A DNA stretch of 64,000 nucleotides from Candidatus Rifleibacterium amylolyticum. Its GTDB lineage: Bacteria; Muiribacteriota; Ozemobacteria; Ozemobacterales; Ozemobacteraceae. The position numbers were made by a program, and so were the translations under genes. Shown here one piece after another: positions 62,725 to 64,000 of the stretch. The DNA lies in the NCBI GenBank assembly GCA_009917695.1, contig JAACJG010000001.1, forward strand, positions 143,219 through 207,218, read 5' to 3'. Position 1 is the first letter of the stretch, and each line of letters starts with the position of its first letter. Below the pieces are notes generated by a model. The model ran no database searches. It saw only the letters and a program-made list of their open reading frames with translations, and was not told where the DNA came from.

Positions 62725-64000
62725 ACCTGAGTATTACTCCTTCCGATGAGAACTCTGCGTTTGTTGGCTCCATCCATTGGGCTGACCAGTCCTTTTTCTT
62801 CAAGCTGATCCATAATTCTGGCCGCCCTATTATAACCGATTCTGAACTTTCTTTGAAGCATACTGGTTGATGTTTTTTCCTGAGTTTCCAGATACTTCAA
62901 TATCTGCTGTATCAGCGGAGAATCTGCGTCTCCACCATCGCTTTCCTCGTCTTCGTAACCATCTTCATCATCATCCGAACGGGTTGGAGCTATGTCCATA
63001 TATTCCGGCTGGCCCTGCTGCTTGACAAAGTTGATAAGATCCATCAACTCGTGGTCTGAAACATAGGCTCCCTGCAGTCGCAACGGTTTATTGCGTCCCT
63101 TCGGTATGAACAGCATATCGCCCTTGCCAAGCAGTCGTTCGGCTCCCTTGGCATCAAGAATAGTTCTAGAGTCTATCGCAGAGGTGACCGAAAATGCAAT
63201 CCTTGTTGGCAGATTCGCTTTGATCAACCCGGTCAGAACGTTCACCGACGGGCGCTGCGTCGCTATCACCAGATGCATGCCAACAGCGCGTGCCATCTGG
63301 GCCAGACGGCAGATCGACCCTTCGACTTCGGCTGAGGCCGTCATCATAAGGTCTGCCAGCTCGTCAATGACTATAACTATGAATGGCATTGGCTCAAGCT
63401 CAGGATTTTCCTGTCTGAGCCTTTCTATTTCCTCATTGTAAGTGGAGATTTTTTTGCAGCCACATTCGGCCATTATTTCGTAGCGTCTCGTCATTTCTTC
63501 GACCGCCCACATAAGAGCTGCCGAGGCTTTTGCAGGATCAGTCACCACTGGAGCGATCAGGTGCGGAATGCCATTGTAGGAAGACAGCTCGACCATTTTG
63601 GGATCGATCATCACAAACTTTACCTGATCGGCGCGGGCCTGAAACAAAATGCTGGCAATGATGGTGTTAACACATACCGATTTGCCAGAACCAGTTGAAC
63701 CGGCGATCAGCAGGTGTGGCATCTCCGAAAGATCCGCGAGCACCGGTTTGCCTTCTATGGTTACGCCGAGAGCCAGATTCAGAGGAATTGGATTCTTACC
63801 GAATTTTTCATTTTTCAGCAGCTCGTAAAAATATACTGGAGTCGCCTTGGGATTCGGAATTTCGATGCCCAGTGCCGATTTGCCGGGAATAGGCGCTTCA
63901 ATGCGAATTGCCTGTGCGGCAAGCGCCAGGGCTATGTCGTCTGTCAGACCGGTAATTCTCGATACCTTTACTCCGGGCGCCGGCTTGATTTCAAATCGTG
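62721..64000 (-). CDS. ftsK: DNA translocase FtsK/SpoIIIE, C-terminal motor and gamma domains (partial). The gene continues beyond the window end.
   Basis: The Walker A motif reads LLIAGSTGSGKSV. The Walker B region reads IVIVIDELADLMM. The gamma winged helix reads LIQQILKYLETQEKTSTSMLQRKFRIGYNRAARIMDQLEEKGLV. The reading frame stays open upstream to 64000. Confidence 0.85.
   Translation of the reverse strand, partial: RFEIKPAPGVKVSRITGLTDDIALALAAQAIRIEAPIPGKSALGIEIPNPKATPVYFYELLKNEKFGKNPIPLNLALGVTIEGKPVLADLSEMPHLLIAGSTGSGKSVCVNTIIASILFQARADQVKFVMIDPKMVELSSYNGIPHLIAPVVTDPAKASAALMWAVEEMTRRYEIMAECGCKKISTYNEEIERLRQENPELEPMPFIVIVIDELADLMMTASAEVEGSICRLAQMARAVGMHLVIATQRPSVNVLTGLIKANLPTRIAFSVTSAIDSRTILDAKGAERLLGKGDMLFIPKGRNKPLRLQGAYVSDHELMDLINFVKQQGQPEYMDIAPTRSDDDEDGYEDEESDGGDADSPLIQQILKYLETQEKTSTSMLQRKFRIGYNRAARIMDQLEEKGLVSPMDGANKRRVLIGRSNTQV

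Noticed and set aside
1-64000. I searched for tRNA, rRNA, transposase/IS elements and toxin-antitoxin pairs.
   Set aside because: I found no GGTTCGA(A/T)TCC-type T-arm motifs or rRNA-like conserved stretches. No DDE or serine/tyrosine recombinase signatures occur in any ORF. The only mobile element recognised is the group II intron.

Overview
This 64-kb window reads as a bacterial chromosomal segment of moderate GC content with no rRNA genes, tRNA genes or CRISPR arrays. It contains four blocks.

- **Flagellar cluster (about 1..17.8 kb, minus strand).** The gene order matches the Bacillus subtilis fla/che operon: fliK-flgD-(flg_new-like)-flgE-flbD-fliL-fliM-fliY-cheY-fliO-fliP-fliQ-fliR-flhB-flhA-(FlhF-position ORF)-flhG. 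A further ORF runs off the left edge.
 - The gene in the flhF position lacks recognisable SRP-GTPase motifs.
 - FlgE is unusually long at 914 aa.
 - The FliY/FliN switch protein carries a Met/Pro/Gly-rich linker encoded by tandem ~27-nt repeats.

- **Plus-strand block of secreted and envelope proteins (about 18.3..46.5 kb).**
 - Secreted M23 peptidase.
 - Two tandem paralogous secreted proteins with a FecR-like domain and a coiled coil.
 - Putative outer-membrane beta-barrel protein.
 - Large lipoprotein.
 - Three-gene module: Cache/HAMP-only sensor, 12-TM permease fused to HEAT repeats, PhnD-like periplasmic binding protein.
 - Two hypotheticals.
 - DUF4912-like protein with an AT-hook / histone-H1-like Lys/Ala-rich region, next to a GH57 glucan branching enzyme.
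 - CHASE2-class III adenylate/guanylate cyclase.
 - RNase D.
 - C25 (gingipain-like) cysteine peptidase.

- **Group II intron (about 46.5..48.4 kb).** It has the hallmarks of class C. It sits directly after the rho-independent terminator of the C25 gene. The 5' end reads GTGTG and domain V carries a CGC triad. The RT-maturase ORF is split by a frameshift.

- **Minus-strand block (about 48.5..64 kb).** pgpA-pgsA-rimO, an SLBB-domain secreted protein on the plus strand, and two giant all-TPR proteins of 1535 aa and 1616 aa whose start codon overlaps the stop of a partial ftsK (ATGA).

The most interesting candidates for undescribed biology are the HAMP/permease-HEAT/PhnD module, the M23-FecR-OMP-lipoprotein envelope cassette, and the ftsK-coupled giant TPR pair.

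None of the domain assignments are database-verified. They rest on motif recognition in the translated ORFs.
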